DNA of 64,000 nucleotides from Parabacteroides sp. (GTDB taxonomy: Bacteria > Bacteroidota > Bacteroidia > Bacteroidales > Tannerellaceae). The notes under the pieces were generated by a model. The model saw only the letters and a list, made by a program, of their open reading frames with translations. It was not told where the DNA came from and made no database searches. The translations under genes were made by a program, and so were the position numbers. This document shows, piece after piece, positions 18,077-29,362 of this stretch; within the stretch, counting starts at the first letter, position 1, and each line of letters begins with the position of its first letter. The DNA lies in assembly GCA_028689545.1 (NCBI GenBank), contig JAQVCX010000007.1, positions 881-64,880 on the forward strand, given 5' to 3'.

Positions 18077-20269
18077 TCATCGGATAAATAGCAGTTCCCG
18101 ATACTTCGGCAACGGCCACATCTGGTTGTCTACCATCAGCTCCAAGTCGTCGATATGGTTACGGATCTCATCCAGATAAGGCGCTACCGAGTCATGGTAG
18201 GCGATCGCTTTCTCTCGCATATCCGTCAAGCGGTTCGCTTTCTTGCGGGCCTCTACCATCTCATCCACTTTCTTGGTCACGGCGCAGATATGTCCGGCTA
18301 TCTTACGAACCAACCGACGGGGCTCTTCCGACATATCGCGGTATTCCGGGTCTCCGCCGAATGTCTCTTTCAGCTTCGCTATATTATCCAGCAATACGCT
18401 TTGGTAGCGAACGGCCACCGGGATGATATGGTTCAAGGATAGATCCCCTAATACACGGGCCTCGATCTGTACCTTTTTAATATAGACCTCCCATTTCACC
18501 TCATTACGCGCCTCCAATTCTTTCTGGGTAAGTACGCCGGTAGCGGTGAACATCTCGATAGATTCCGGTTTTAGGTAAGCGTCGTATTGCAGGGGAACGC
18601 TATTCTGGCAATCCAGACCCCGCTTGGCGGCTTCCTCTTTCCATTCGTCGGAATAACCGTTGCCGTCGAAGCGGATCGGCTTGGATTCCTTGATATAGGC
18701 TTTCAGCACCTTGAAGATCGCTACTTCCTTGCTTTTACCTTCCGCTTGCAAAGCCTCTACGTCTTTCTTGAATTGTTTCAATTGATAAGCCACGGCGGAG
18801 TTCAACGCCAACATGGCCGATCCGCAGTTCACGGAAGAGCCCGGGGCACGAAACTCGAAACGGTTTCCGGTGAAGGCGAAAGGAGAGGTACGGTTACGAT
18901 CCGTATTGTCCAACAGCAGCTCGGGGATCTGCCCGAAGCCAAGGTGCAAGCCCTTTTTATCGTCCACCTCGATAGCGTCCTCGATAGAGCTATTCTCGAA
19001 CTTATCCAAGATCTCGCTGATTTGCGTCCCGAGGAAAGTGGAGATGATAGCGGGAGGCGCCTCGTTCGCCCCTAGGCGGTGCGCGTTGGTGGCGGAAGCG
19101 ATACTCGCTTTTAATAAAGCGTTGTATTTATAAACGGCCAGGATGGTGTTCACCACGAAAGTGATGAAGCGCAAGTTGTCCTCGCGGTCTTTCCCCGGCG
19201 AGAATAAGTTGATGCCCTTATCCGTTCCCATCGACCAGTTGCAGTGTTTACCGGAGCCGTTCACGCCGTTAAAAGGCTTCTCGTGTAGCAATACGCGGAA
19301 ATTATGACGGCCGGAGACACGTTTCATGACCGACATCAGCAACTGGTTATGGTCGTTCGCCAAGTTGCATTCCTCATAAATAGGGGCAAGCTCGAATTGG
19401 TTGGGGGCTACCTCGTTATGGCGGGTCTTTACCGGGATGCCTAGCTTGTAGCACTCGGTCTCCAGGTCTTTCATGAATTCTTGTACACGGGACGGGATGG
19501 CGCCGAAATAATGATCGTCCAGCTGCTGGTTCTTGGCGCTCTCATGTCCTAGCAACGTACGCTCGGTAAGCGATAGGTCTGGGCGTGCGGAGTACAAATC
19601 CTCGTCCACGAGGAAATATTCCTGTTCCCATCCGAGGTAAGTGATTATCTTATTGACATCCTCGTCGAAATATCGGTACACATCCTTGGCGGCTTTTCCT
19701 AATGCCTCGATAGAGCGTATCAGGGGAGTCTTGTAATCTAGCGCCTCACCGGTATAAGCGATGAAGACGGTCGGGATACAAAGGGTGTCATCTACGATAA
19801 AAGCGGGAGAGGAAGGATCCCAAGCCGAGTAGCCCCGGGCCTCGAAGGTATTGCGAAGGCCTCCGTTCGGGAAGCTGGAAGCGTCCGGCTCTTGCTGGGC
19901 GAGCAGCTTGCCGCTAAACTCCTCGATCATGCCACCGTTGCCATCGTGTTCCACGAAAGCGTCGTGCTTTTCGGCGGTACCATCGGTAAGCGGCTGGAAC
20001 CAGTGGGTGTAATGGGTGACTCCTTTTTCCAGTGCCCACATACGCATGCCGGCCGCCACATGATTGGCGATCTCCCGGTCGATAGGTGTGCCATTGTCAA
20101 TAGAGTGGGTTAAGGCTTTGTACGTTTCCTTGGAGAGATATTTCTGCATCGCCTTTCGGTTGAAGACATTCTCGCCATAGTACTCAGATACCTTGTGTTC
20201 GGGAGCGATAGCTTCCACGGCCTTTCGGTTGGACGCTTTCTCCACAGCGTTAAAGCGTGAGATTGACAT
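18077..20269 (-). CDS. glnA: Glutamine synthetase type III
   Basis: 730 aa; 'THYTHWFQPLT', 'EPDASSFPNGGLRNTFEARGY', 'GWEQEYF', 'HNEVAPNQFE', 'HEKPF', 'NGSGKH', 'DRNRTSPFAFTGNRFEFR'. Confidence 0.97.
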   Translation of the reverse strand: MSISRFNAVEKASNRKAVEAIAPEHKVSEYYGENVFNRKAMQKYLSKETYKALTHSIDNGTPIDREIANHVAAGMRMWALEKGVTHYTHWFQPLTDGTAEKHDAFVEHDGNGGMIEEFSGKLLAQQEPDASSFPNGGLRNTFEARGYSAWDPSSPAFIVDDTLCIPTVFIAYTGEALDYKTPLIRSIEALGKAAKDVYRYFDEDVNKIITYLGWEQEYFLVDEDLYSARPDLSLTERTLLGHESAKNQQLDDHYFGAIPSRVQEFMKDLETECYKLGIPVKTRHNEVAPNQFELAPIYEECNLANDHNQLLMSVMKRVSGRHNFRVLLHEKPFNGVNGSGKHCNWSMGTDKGINLFSPGKDREDNLRFITFVVNTILAVYKYNALLKASIASATNAHRLGANEAPPAIISTFLGTQISEILDKFENSSIEDAIEVDDKKGLHLGFGQIPELLLDNTDRNRTSPFAFTGNRFEFRAPGSSVNCGSAMLALNSAVAYQLKQFKKDVEALQAEGKSKEVAIFKVLKAYIKESKPIRFDGNGYSDEWKEEAAKRGLDCQNSVPLQYDAYLKPESIEMFTATGVLTQKELEARNEVKWEVYIKKVQIEARVLGDLSLNHIIPVAVRYQSVLLDNIAKLKETFGGDPEYRDMSEEPRRLVRKIAGHICAVTKKVDEMVEARKKANRLTDMREKAIAYHDSVAPYLDEIRNHIDDLELMVDNQMWPLPKYRELLFIR

Positions 20270-20320
20270 TGTTAAATTGTTTTATGTATTTACGGCGCGA
20301 AAATACAAAACAGTCTTCAA

Positions 20321-20431
20321 TAGTTGACAGTTGATAGTAAGCAGTTGACAGTTTTTAATAGTTAGTGATTGACAATTGACAATTATATAGTTTTCTCTAA
20401 CTATTAATTGTCAATTGTCAACTGTCAACTA
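20321..20431. repeat. Inverted heptamer array (TTGACAG/TTGACAA)n...(CTGTCAA/TTGTCAA)n
   Basis: Seen directly between the hppA stop (20432) and the glnA promoter region. Confidence 0.88.
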
Positions 20432-22636
20432 TTAGAACAAGCTCCAAGCCACCGTCAGCCCCGCCATCACGATCGCTACCATGCTCATTAGCTTGATAAG
20501 GATATTTAGGCTCGGGCCGGAAGTGTCCTTGAACGGATCGCCAACCGTATCGCCGACAACGGTCGCCTTATGCGCCTCGCTACCCTTGCCGCCGTAGTTT
20601 CCTTCCTCTACGAATTTCTTCGCGTTATCCCACGCGCCTCCGGCGTTCGCCATGAATACGGCTAATACGAAGCCCGTGCTTAATCCGCCGATCAATAGCC
20701 CGAGGACACCCGTCACGCCAAACAGGAGTCCGGCTAGGATGGGGGCGATAATGGCTAGTACGGAGGGTAGTATCATCTCATGTTGCGCCCCTTTCGTCGA
20801 GATCTCCACGCAACGGGCGTAATCCGGCTGTGCCTCTCCGGTAAGGATCCCCTCGATTTCCTTGAACTGACGGCGTACTTCCTCCACCATCTGCCCGGCC
20901 GCGCGTCCTACGGCATTCATCGTAAGGCCACAGAACATGAAGGCCATCATGGAGCCGAGGAACATCCCGGCCAGCACCTTCGGATTCATCAAGGTGACAT
21001 CATAATATACCATAAAGTCCGAGAAAGAGGCCTTGGATATGTCGATGCTCCTGCCGTCGGCGAAGTTCAGGGCGGTCTCTCCCAGGCGGAGCAAACCGAT
21101 CTTGATCTCTTCTACATAAGAGGCCAATAGGGCCAAGCCGGTTAACGCGGCGGAGCCGATAGCGAAGCCTTTACCCGTAGCGGCGGTCGTATTGCCCAAT
21201 GAGTCCAGCGCGTCCGTACGCTTGCGCACTTCTTCCCCGAGGTTGCACATCTCGGCGTTGCCCCCGGCGTTATCGGCGATGGGGCCGTAAGCGTCTGTGG
21301 CGAGCGTGATGCCTAAGGTGGAAAGCATGCCTACGGCCGCTATTCCGATCCCGTATAATCCCATGCCCACATTGGCGAAATCGAATCCGGAAGCGAACAA
21401 GAAAGAGCAAATGATACCAACCACTACGGCGAGTACCGGGATGGCGGTAGAGAGCATCCCCAGTCCGAGACCCGAGATAATAACCGTAGCCGGGCCGGTC
21501 AGCCCCGCCTCGGAAACCCGTCGGGTAGGCTTATAGGATTGCGAGGTGTAATATTCCGTGGCCTGCCCGATCACGATGCCTACCAGCAAGCCTACGATAA
21601 CCGAGCAACTGATCCAGAACCAGTTTTGCAAGCCTAATACATAAAGAATCCCGAAAGTGGATAGGGCGATTAATACGGAGCTGAGATTCGTTCCTATGGC
21701 CAACGCTTTCAGTAGTTGCTTGATCGTAGCGTTCTCGTTCGTACGTACGGCGAAGATGCCGATGATGGATAATACGATACCCACGGCCGCGATAAGCATC
21801 GGCGCTATTACGGCTTTATACTGTAGCTCCACGTTTCCGGAGGATACGAACGCCGCGGCTCCCAAGGCGGCGGTAGCTAGGATAGAGCCGCAATAAGACT
21901 CATAGAGGTCGGCCCCCATACCGGCTACGTCGCCTACATTGTCGCCTACGTTATCGGCGATTGTCGCCGGGTTGCGAGGATCGTCCTCCGGGATCCCGGC
22001 CTCGACCTTACCCACCAAATCCGCTCCTACATCGGCGGCCTTCGTATAGATTCCTCCTCCCACGCGTGCGAACAAGGCTTGCGTGGAAGCGCCCATTCCG
22101 AAGGTAAGCATGGTTGTCGTGATAATCGTTAGTTTGTGAGTGGGGTTTAATACCTCGTCCGGGATAAAGGCATTTAGCAGGATATACCAGAATGAGATAT
22201 CCAGCAATCCAAGCCCTACGACCACTAAACCCATGACCGCCCCGCTACGGAAAGCTACTTGTAAGCCTTTGTTCAAGGAGGTGCGGGCCGCGTTCGCCGT
22301 ACGTGCCGAGGCATAAGTAGCGGTCTTCATGCCCAGGAACCCCGCTAGCCCGGAAAAGAAACCACCCGTAAGGAAGGCGATCGGGACCCATTCGTTTTGC
22401 ACTTGGAAGCCATAAGCCATAATAGAGAATAAGATTACCAGGACCACAAAAACCGAGGCGACTACTTTGTATTGCTGTTTCAAATACGACATCGCCCCTT
22501 CACGCACAAAGGATGCGATCTTTTTCATCGACTCAGTTCCTTCACTCTCTTTCATCATTTGCCTGAAGAAGAACCAGGCGAATGCTAGCGCCAGGACAGA
22601 CGCTAACGGGATAATCCAGAAAATACTCGTAATCAT
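20432..22636 (-). CDS. hppA: Membrane-integral K+-dependent cation-pumping pyrophosphatase (Na+,H+-type signature)
   Basis: '[46 protein letters not shown]', '[12 protein letters not shown]', 'GNTTAA', '[14 protein letters not shown]'; T90, F94, D146 and M176 present by manual count. Confidence 0.95.
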   Translation of the reverse strand: MITSIFWIIPLASVLALAFAWFFFRQMMKESEGTESMKKIASFVREGAMSYLKQQYKVVASVFVVLVILFSIMAYGFQVQNEWVPIAFLTGGFFSGLAGFLGMKTATYASARTANAARTSLNKGLQVAFRSGAVMGLVVVGLGLLDISFWYILLNAFIPDEVLNPTHKLTIITTTMLTFGMGASTQALFARVGGGIYTKAADVGADLVGKVEAGIPEDDPRNPATIADNVGDNVGDVAGMGADLYESYCGSILATAALGAAAFVSSGNVELQYKAVIAPMLIAAVGIVLSIIGIFAVRTNENATIKQLLKALAIGTNLSSVLIALSTFGILYVLGLQNWFWISCSVIVGLLVGIVIGQATEYYTSQSYKPTRRVSEAGLTGPATVIISGLGLGMLSTAIPVLAVVVGIICSFLFASGFDFANVGMGLYGIGIAAVGMLSTLGITLATDAYGPIADNAGGNAEMCNLGEEVRKRTDALDSLGNTTAATGKGFAIGSAALTGLALLASYVEEIKIGLLRLGETALNFADGRSIDISKASFSDFMVYYDVTLMNPKVLAGMFLGSMMAFMFCGLTMNAVGRAAGQMVEEVRRQFKEIEGILTGEAQPDYARCVEISTKGAQHEMILPSVLAIIAPILAGLLFGVTGVLGLLIGGLSTGFVLAVFMANAGGAWDNAKKFVEEGNYGGKGSEAHKATVVGDTVGDPFKDTSGPSLNILIKLMSMVAIVMAGLTVAWSLF

Positions 22637-22801
22637 AACATGGCAGATTTAATGTTATACGTAAGAAAGCAATGTGACAACACCTTTACTTCCCGTGTAA
22701 ATGTAGCAAAAATAAAAGAGGATGAAACTTTTTCCTTAATAATAATGTTTGTAATCAAAAAAAGAGGCATATTTGTTACCAGATTAAGAGACAAGAAATA
22801 A

Positions 22802-23638
22802 ATGACAGAAGAAACAAACCAGAAACCCTATAGGCTGGGCTTGGCGCTTAGCGGAGGCGGAGCGAAGGGTTTTGCGCATATCGGCGTATTTCGAATGATG
22901 GAAGAATGTGCGTTGAGACCGGATATCATAGTCGGTACCAGTGCGGGAGCCTTAATGGGTACTTTGTTTGCCGATGGCTATTCGGCGGCGGAGATCCAAG
23001 AGCTTTTTACCGGACGTGAGTTCTCCGAATTCGCCCAATTGCAGATCCCAAAGGCGGGTCTGTTCGATAGCAAGCGCTTTCGTTATTTCTTGAGGCGACA
23101 CTTGCGGACCAAGAACATCGAGGATTTGCAGATCCCGATGGTGATTGTCGCGACTGATTTGGATCATGGCGAAAGCCATGAGTTTAGGAGTGGTCCTATT
23201 GTCGAGGCGGTGGCGGCTTCTTGTAGCATCCCGATTATTTTCAGCCCTGTAGTCATCAATGGTGTTCATTATGTGGATGGAGGATTATTTCACAACTTTC
23301 CGGTCTCCATCATCCGTGAGGAATGCGAGCGTATTGTAGGGGTGAATGTAAGCCCATTGATCCCGCAAAAATACAAGCAGACCCTATTCCATATCGCCGA
23401 GCGCTCTTATCATTATATGTTCCGGGCAAATACGCTGGAGGATCGAGAGATGTGTGATGTCTTAATAGAGGCGGAGGAATTTGGCTTATATAAGACATTC
23501 GATCTGGATAATGTAGACGTGATTTGCAATATTGGCTATTCCGCCGCCGCCCGGTGCTTTGAGAAAGTATTGAATGAGAATAAATATGAAACTTTGGTGA
23601 AAGCGATCGCGGCAAGAAAGAAAGGTCTGATGCCATGA
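22802..23638 (+). CDS. Patatin-like phospholipase
   Basis: 'LALSGGGAKG', nucleophile elbow 'GTSAG', 'VDGG'. Confidence 0.93.
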   Translation: MTEETNQKPYRLGLALSGGGAKGFAHIGVFRMMEECALRPDIIVGTSAGALMGTLFADGYSAAEIQELFTGREFSEFAQLQIPKAGLFDSKRFRYFLRRHLRTKNIEDLQIPMVIVATDLDHGESHEFRSGPIVEAVAASCSIPIIFSPVVINGVHYVDGGLFHNFPVSIIREECERIVGVNVSPLIPQKYKQTLFHIAERSYHYMFRANTLEDREMCDVLIEAEEFGLYKTFDLDNVDVICNIGYSAAARCFEKVLNENKYETLVKAIAARKKGLMP

Positions 23639-23680
23639 TGGATTGTCTATCTGTGCTTTCACATAAAAACTTTATATACG

Positions 23681-25396
23681 ATGAACGCGATGGAACAAAA
23701 AAGCAAGATGGTGATTTATCAAGCATTCCCGCGCTGGTTCGGGAACCTGCGGCCATCTCCAGTGAAGAATGGTAGTTTAGCGGAAAATGGAGTGGGTAAG
23801 CTTTCTGCTTTCACGCCATTGGCTTTATCCAAAATCAAGGAATTAGGCATCACCCATGTATGGTATACAGGCGTGATAGAGCATGCCACGAAAACGGATT
23901 ATACGATGTTCGGCATCCGGAAGGACCATTCTTCGGTAGTGAAAGGTAGGGCCGGATCTCCTTATGCCATCAAAGATTATTATGATATCGACCCGGATCT
24001 GGCGGATAATATCCAGAATCGTATGAGCGAGTTTGAGGATTTGGTGGAACGTACGCATGAGGCTGGCATGAAAGTCATCATCGACTTTGTGCCGAACCAT
24101 GTGGCCCGGCAATATTTCTCGGATGCCCGGGAGCCTTTCGTGGAGGACTTGGGGCAGACGGATAACGTATCAAAGGCTTTTGACGTACATAATAATTTCT
24201 ATTACCTTCCGGGACAGACATTGACGCTTCACTTTGATCCGCAGCGTGAGGAGGATTTCGCATACAGTGAGTTTCCCGCCAAGGTGACCGGCAATGATCA
24301 TTTCGACGCTTATCCGAGCCAGAACGACTGGTATGAGACGGTGAAGCTGAATTATGGGGTGGATTATCTGAACGGCGGTGCTTGCCATTTCGATACGATA
24401 CCCAGTACTTGGGAGAAGATGCTTGAGATATTGATGTTCTGGGCCGGTAAGGGCGTGGATGGTTTCCGTTGCGATATGGCGGAGATGGTCCCGGTAGAGT
24501 TTTGGAACTGGGTGATCCCTTTGGTGAAGAAGGCGCACGACGTGATCTTCATCGCAGAGGTGTATAATCCGGATGAGTATAGGAATTTCATTTATACGGG
24601 GCACTTCGATTATTTGTATGACAAGGTGGGTCTTTATGATACGGTTCGCGCGGTGATGCGCGGGCAGGCTCCGGCTAGTAATATATCGCATTGCTGGCAA
24701 TCGCTGGAGGGTATCCAGCGGAATATGTTGAACTTCTTGGAGAATCATGATGAGCAGCGTGTCGCCTCTGATTTCTTCGCGGGGGATGCCCGTCCGGGTA
24801 TTCCGGGTATGATTGTCTCCGCTGCCATGAATACGAATCCGGTTATGATCTATAGCGGCCAGGAGCTGGGCGAAAGAGGAATGGATGAGGAAGGCTTCAG
24901 CGGACGTGATGGACGTACGACCATCTTCGATTATTGGAGCGTCGAAAGTTTGCGTAACTGGAATAATAACGGGTATTTTGACGGGGCTAAATTAACGCCG
25001 GCAGAGCGCTCGTTGCGTGAGACCTACGCTAAGTTATTAAACGTGGTACGATCCGAGCCGATCATTGCCGAGGGAACGTTTTATGATTTGATGTACGCTA
25101 ACTCAGGTAATCCCTATTTCAATCCGAACCGCCAGTATGCGTTCTTGCGTAAATGGAAGAACGAGGTGCTTCTGGTTGTCGTGAATTTCGACCGTGCCGA
25201 TCAATGTGTATGGGTAAACATCCCGGTCGAGGCATTCAAGGCTCTTGACTTTGAGGATAACAAACCGGCTGAGTTGACCGATTTGCTAATAACAGGCGAG
25301 ACAACGATCAGTACGTTGACGGACGCTTTCCCTTATCAAGTGAAGCTTCCCGCGTATTCCGGTAGGATGCTAAAGTTCTCTTTCCTCCATAAGTAA
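23681..25396 (+). CDS. GH13 alpha-amylase-family glycosidase (cytoplasmic)
   Basis: 'GSPYAIKDYY', 'IDFVPNHV', 'DGFRCDMAE', 'FIAEVY', 'FLENHDE'; no signal peptide. Confidence 0.92.
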   Translation: MNAMEQKSKMVIYQAFPRWFGNLRPSPVKNGSLAENGVGKLSAFTPLALSKIKELGITHVWYTGVIEHATKTDYTMFGIRKDHSSVVKGRAGSPYAIKDYYDIDPDLADNIQNRMSEFEDLVERTHEAGMKVIIDFVPNHVARQYFSDAREPFVEDLGQTDNVSKAFDVHNNFYYLPGQTLTLHFDPQREEDFAYSEFPAKVTGNDHFDAYPSQNDWYETVKLNYGVDYLNGGACHFDTIPSTWEKMLEILMFWAGKGVDGFRCDMAEMVPVEFWNWVIPLVKKAHDVIFIAEVYNPDEYRNFIYTGHFDYLYDKVGLYDTVRAVMRGQAPASNISHCWQSLEGIQRNMLNFLENHDEQRVASDFFAGDARPGIPGMIVSAAMNTNPVMIYSGQELGERGMDEEGFSGRDGRTTIFDYWSVESLRNWNNNGYFDGAKLTPAERSLRETYAKLLNVVRSEPIIAEGTFYDLMYANSGNPYFNPNRQYAFLRKWKNEVLLVVVNFDRADQCVWVNIPVEAFKALDFEDNKPAELTDLLITGETTISTLTDAFPYQVKLPAYSGRMLKFSFLHK

Positions 25397-25463
25397 GGAG
25401 TTCTCCTGAAAAGTTGGATTACCGTATGGATCCATTCGTTGATGAATTTAGGTCGATACGGAG

Positions 25464-25583
25464 CAGCCTGCTCCATCGGGCAATTCAGTTAACTGAGAGG
25501 CTCAATTCACTTAACTGAATAGCCCAAATGAGTTAACTGAATAGCTCAAATGAGTTAACTCATTTGCCCGATGAAGCAGGCTG
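25464..25583. repeat. 120-bp element: 20-bp terminal inverted repeats enclosing four 22-bp TTAAC-cored units
   Basis: TTAACT at 25489, 25511, 25533 and 25555; terminal arms CAGCCTGCTCCATCGGGCAA / TTGCCCGATGAAGCAGGCTG (19/20). Confidence 0.88.
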
Positions 25584-25620
25584 GTTATTATCTTGGATTT
25601 AATTCCTCCCTATCGAAGGG

Positions 25621-26268
25621 TTATCGCTGTTTCCGTGCTTTTAGTTTTGCCCGTACCCCCTCAATCGCGGCCGGAAGTATGGATATGAATATAATAGCGA
25701 TGATCAATGTCTTGAGGTTCTGCTGTACGAAAGGCAGATCCCCGAAGAAGTATCCCGCGTAACAAAAGAGCATGATCCAAAAAGCTCCGCCAATCAGGTT
25801 GTACATCATGAAATAGTAATAATGCATTTTCCCCATCCCCGCTACAAAGGGGGCAAGCGTACGTACGATAGGTACGAATCGGGCGATGATTATGGTTTTG
25901 CCTCCATATCTTTTATAAAACGCGTGCGTCTTATCCAGGTGGCTTTTCTTGAATATCTTGGAGTTTGGATTCTTGAAGAGCTTGCTGCCGAAGAAATGAC
26001 CGATCGTATAATTGCAGGAGTCTCCTAATACCGCCGCCACGAATAACACGAGAGCCAGGATGTTGATCTCTAAAGACATGCCTGGTAGCGCGGCGATCGC
26101 TCCCGCTACGAAAAGCAAGGAATCTCCGGGAAGGAAAGGCGTGACGACCAACCCGGTCTCACAAAAAATGATTATGAACAATATGACGTACGTCCATGTA
26201 TGGTATTCCTGTACGATATCGATCATGTATTGATCGATATGGAGGATGAAATCTAATAAAAATTCCAT
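25621..26268 (-). CDS. DedA-family membrane protein
   Basis: '[21 protein letters not shown]', 'AVLGDSCNY', '[21 protein letters not shown]'. Confidence 0.95.
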   Translation of the reverse strand: MEFLLDFILHIDQYMIDIVQEYHTWTYVILFIIIFCETGLVVTPFLPGDSLLFVAGAIAALPGMSLEINILALVLFVAAVLGDSCNYTIGHFFGSKLFKNPNSKIFKKSHLDKTHAFYKRYGGKTIIIARFVPIVRTLAPFVAGMGKMHYYYFMMYNLIGGAFWIMLFCYAGYFFGDLPFVQQNLKTLIIAIIFISILPAAIEGVRAKLKARKQR

Positions 26269-26468
26269 ATTCTATTGATGATTAAATAAATGTGTTTTTC
26301 GTGAGAGTCGGTATCGGTTTGGAGTACGTCGTGTTCGCTTCCTGTATCCTGCGAAAGATACGGGGCGTTGAATCTATTGTATTCTTGTTGGTTATTGGGC
26401 TCTGAGCAGAATCCCGATAGCAAGAATACGCTAGACAATATGAAGAAATAGAATAAGTACTTCACCAT
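26253..26468 (-). CDS. Possible small secreted/membrane protein (71 aa) overlapping the dedA start
   Basis: [28 protein letters not shown]...; ATG at 26468 is 8 nt downstream of a TATATTTG box (26477-26484); overlaps dedA by 16 bp. Confidence 0.4.
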   Translation of the reverse strand: MVKYLFYFFILSSVFLLSGFCSEPNNQQEYNRFNAPYLSQDTGSEHDVLQTDTDSHEKHIYLIINRIWNFY

Positions 26469-26579
26469 TACAGTCGCAAATATAGAAAGTTTTCCAAATA
26501 TAAAGCGGTTATTGAAATAAGTTTTGTACTTTTGCGGCACAATTCAAATCTATTCACTTTAAGATAAATATTCGGAATA

Positions 26580-27521
26580 ATGAGTGCACAAACTCCTTTC
26601 TTGGTGTTTTCGGGAACGAACTCCCGGTATCTTGCAGAAAAAATTTGCAAAAGTCTAGGTTGTCCTCTGGGACAGATGAATATCCAGCACTTTGCCGATG
26701 GAGAGTTCTCTGTTTCATATGAAGAGTCTATCCGTGGTAAAGATGTATTCTTAGTACAATCCACATTCCCTAATTCAGACAATCTGATGGAATTGCTTCT
26801 GATGATTGATGCCGCTAAACGTGCTTCCGCACATTCTATTATCGCTGTAATCCCTTACTTCGGTTGGGCTCGTCAGGACAGAAAGGATAAACCTCGTGTT
26901 TCTATTGGCGCTAAACTGATCGCTGATATGTTGAGTACGGCGGGTATCAATCGTCTGATCACGATGGACCTTCACGCGGATCAGATCCAAGGGTTCTTTA
27001 ACGTGCCGGTAGACCACTTGTATGCTTCTTCCGTATTCTTGGATTATATCAAGTCGTCGTTGCCGATGGATAACTTGTGTATCGCTACTCCTGATGTGGG
27101 TGGTACGAAACGTGCCAGCAGCTATTCTAAGTATTTAGGTTTGCCGATGGTTATTTGCCACAAGTCTCGTCTGCGTGCCAATGAGGTAGCCGAGATGCGC
27201 ATCATCGGTGATGTGACGGGATTGGATGTCCTTTTGGTTGATGACATGGTGGATACGGCCGGAACAATCACGAAAGCCGCCAACTTGATGTTGGAGAATG
27301 GAGCGAAGTCGGTTCGTGCTATCGCCAGCCATGCCGTGATGTCCGACCCGGCCTCTACTCGTGTAGATCAGTCCGCTTTAACAGAGATGATCTTTACGGA
27401 TTCGATTCCTTACGCTAAGAAGTGCGAGAAAGTAAAGGTGTTATCTGTCGCTGAGATGTTTGGAGAGGCAATCCGTCGTGTATGTAGCGGTGAGTCTATC
27501 AGCTCTTTGTATGCTATTTGA
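26580..27521 (+). CDS. prs: Ribose-phosphate pyrophosphokinase
   Basis: 'FADGE', 'IPYFGWARQDRK', 'MDLHADQIQGFF', 'PDVGG', 'VDDMVDTAGT'. TACTTTTG box at 26527-26534. Confidence 0.98.
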   Translation: MSAQTPFLVFSGTNSRYLAEKICKSLGCPLGQMNIQHFADGEFSVSYEESIRGKDVFLVQSTFPNSDNLMELLLMIDAAKRASAHSIIAVIPYFGWARQDRKDKPRVSIGAKLIADMLSTAGINRLITMDLHADQIQGFFNVPVDHLYASSVFLDYIKSSLPMDNLCIATPDVGGTKRASSYSKYLGLPMVICHKSRLRANEVAEMRIIGDVTGLDVLLVDDMVDTAGTITKAANLMLENGAKSVRAIASHAVMSDPASTRVDQSALTEMIFTDSIPYAKKCEKVKVLSVAEMFGEAIRRVCSGESISSLYAI

Positions 27522-27540
27522 TAGAATAAGATAGAAAAAT

Positions 27541-27574
27541 AAAACGGTCGCTTCCTTTCGAGGCGACCGTTTTT
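27541..27574. terminator. Bidirectional terminator between prs and the YafQ toxin gene
   Basis: AAAACGGTCGC...GCGACCGTTTT. Confidence 0.85.
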
Positions 27575-27576
27575 AT

Positions 27577-27852
27577 TTAGAATAAATCAGAATGTGTTCC
27601 GGTGTCGGTGAACAAAAGAATAAGCTCCGTGTCATTTTGCTCCCAAATCAACAACCAATCAGTTTGAATATGGCATTCCCATAATCCATTATGCTTTCCT
27701 GATAATTTATGAGGATGGTATTCTTCGGGTAGTTCTCCCTTTTCGCATAATAAATCTACTGCCTTTTTTAATAGGCTCATGTTGCAGCCTCTTTTCTTAC
27801 AACGTTTAAAGTCTTTGTTGAATTTGTGAGTCGTGTTAGGGGCATATCTCAT
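27577..27852 (-). CDS. YafQ-family mRNA interferase toxin
   Basis: 'KFNKDFKRCKKRG', 'LPEEYHPHKLSG', 'WECHIQTDWLLIW', 'TGTHSDLF'. Start trimmed to ATG 27852 (ATGA overlap with the antitoxin). Confidence 0.92.
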   Translation of the reverse strand: MRYAPNTTHKFNKDFKRCKKRGCNMSLLKKAVDLLCEKGELPEEYHPHKLSGKHNGLWECHIQTDWLLIWEQNDTELILLFTDTGTHSDLF

Positions 27853-28058
27853 TTCATTAACTCCTCCCACATTTCATCAACGCTAGAGTATGAATGTACT
27901 CTTCCTGCCTTAATGTCCTCCAATGCCTCATCCAGCCCACATTTTTTCTTTGGGTGGATTTGAATCTTACCTCCTAAACCTTGGATAAGCTTACGTAAGG
28001 AAGAAACGTATTCGGAAGGAATCGTGACCTCTAGTGTTTTCAATGCTGTTGTTTCCAT
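27849..28058 (-). CDS. Putative antitoxin partner of YafQ
   Basis: 'CGLDEALEDIKAGRVHSYSSVDEMWEELMK' resembles DinJ/RelB C-termini; TATCTTCG box at 28082-28089 favours ATG 28058. Confidence 0.75.
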   Translation of the reverse strand: METTALKTLEVTIPSEYVSSLRKLIQGLGGKIQIHPKKKCGLDEALEDIKAGRVHSYSSVDEMWEELMK

Positions 28059-28110
28059 CTTTTCTTGTTTTTGGTTCATCGCGAAGATATGTATAATTAT
28101 TGAGAATCTA

Positions 28111-29187
28111 TTACTTAGTCTCGTCGATAATCATGCCGCTTCCCAGACATAAATGATGTTCCTTGTCATAAACCACGCTGTATTGACCGGGGGCTATGCC
28201 TTGTATCTTATCATCGGATTCTATGCGGTATAGATCCCCGATGCGGCGGATACGTCCGTGTGTGAATTCCGGCGTATGGCGGATCTTGAAGGTGATCTCT
28301 TTCTCATCCTCAAACTCTCCCCACGGATCTTCCGTGATAAAGTCGAAGCCTTGCATATTGATTGTCTTGCCATATTGTGTCTCCGGATCGTAACCGTTGG
28401 ATACGTAGATGATATTTCTTTTAATATCCTTCTTGATCACGAACCAAGGGCCACCGCTTAATCCTAGGCCTTTACGTTGGCCAATGGTGTGAAACCAATA
28501 TCCATTATGCTTGCCTATCACCGTGCCGGTTTCCATCTCGATGATCTTTCCCGTGCGTTTTCCTAAATAACGCTCGATAAAGTCGTTGTAGTTAATCTTA
28601 CCTAAGAAGCAGATGCCTTGGCTATCCTTACGTTTGGCGCTCGGCAGTTTCTGGGCCTCGGCGATGGCACGAACCTCGCTCTTCATTAAATGCCCGATCG
28701 GGAACATGAGTTTCTGTATCTGTAGGCGGGTGATTTGGCCTAAGAAATCCGTTTGGTCCTTTACCGGGTCCTTGGCGGTAGAAAGCCATGTCTTACCGTT
28801 TGTCTCCGTGGTCGTGGCGTAATGACCGGTAGCGATCTTATCGAAATCCTTGCCCCATTTTTCCTCGAAACAACCGAACTTGATATATTTATTACACATC
28901 ATGTCCGGGTTAGGGGTAAGGCCGCGTTTGACGGATTCGATCGTATAGCTTACCACCCGATCCCAATACTCGTCGTGTAAGGAGACGATCTCGAACCGGC
29001 ATCCATACTTGCGGGCGATATACGAGGTGATCTCGATATCCTCTTCCGCCGGACAATCGATATAGCCATCCTTGTCTTCCATGCCGATACGGATATAAAA
29101 GATGGTAGGGTCGTATCCCGCCTCTTTCAACTGATGCACTACGACCGAGCTGTCTACTCCTCCTGAAACTAATGCCGCTATTTCCAT
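28111..29187 (-). CDS. mnmA: tRNA 2-thiouridine(34) synthase
   Basis: 'SGGVDSS', '[15 protein letters not shown]', 'IATGHYA', 'KDQTDFL', 'KDSQGICF', 'TIGQRKGL', 'APGQ'. Confidence 0.97.
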   Translation of the reverse strand: MEIAALVSGGVDSSVVVHQLKEAGYDPTIFYIRIGMEDKDGYIDCPAEEDIEITSYIARKYGCRFEIVSLHDEYWDRVVSYTIESVKRGLTPNPDMMCNKYIKFGCFEEKWGKDFDKIATGHYATTTETNGKTWLSTAKDPVKDQTDFLGQITRLQIQKLMFPIGHLMKSEVRAIAEAQKLPSAKRKDSQGICFLGKINYNDFIERYLGKRTGKIIEMETGTVIGKHNGYWFHTIGQRKGLGLSGGPWFVIKKDIKRNIIYVSNGYDPETQYGKTINMQGFDFITEDPWGEFEDEKEITFKIRHTPEFTHGRIRRIGDLYRIESDDKIQGIAPGQYSVVYDKEHHLCLGSGMIIDETK

Positions 29188-29362
29188 TCTCTCGTTTTTT
29201 TGTCTTTGCTATTGAACTTGCAAAAGTAGAGAAAAAATCTCAAACCTTTGATATTGACTGTATATTCTCTATCTTTGCGGTTGGGCTTTATTGGTATATG
29301 GGCCCCTCCAGACGATGTACTTTAGATGTAATATATTATAGGAAAAGCAAAACGTAGTTAGT

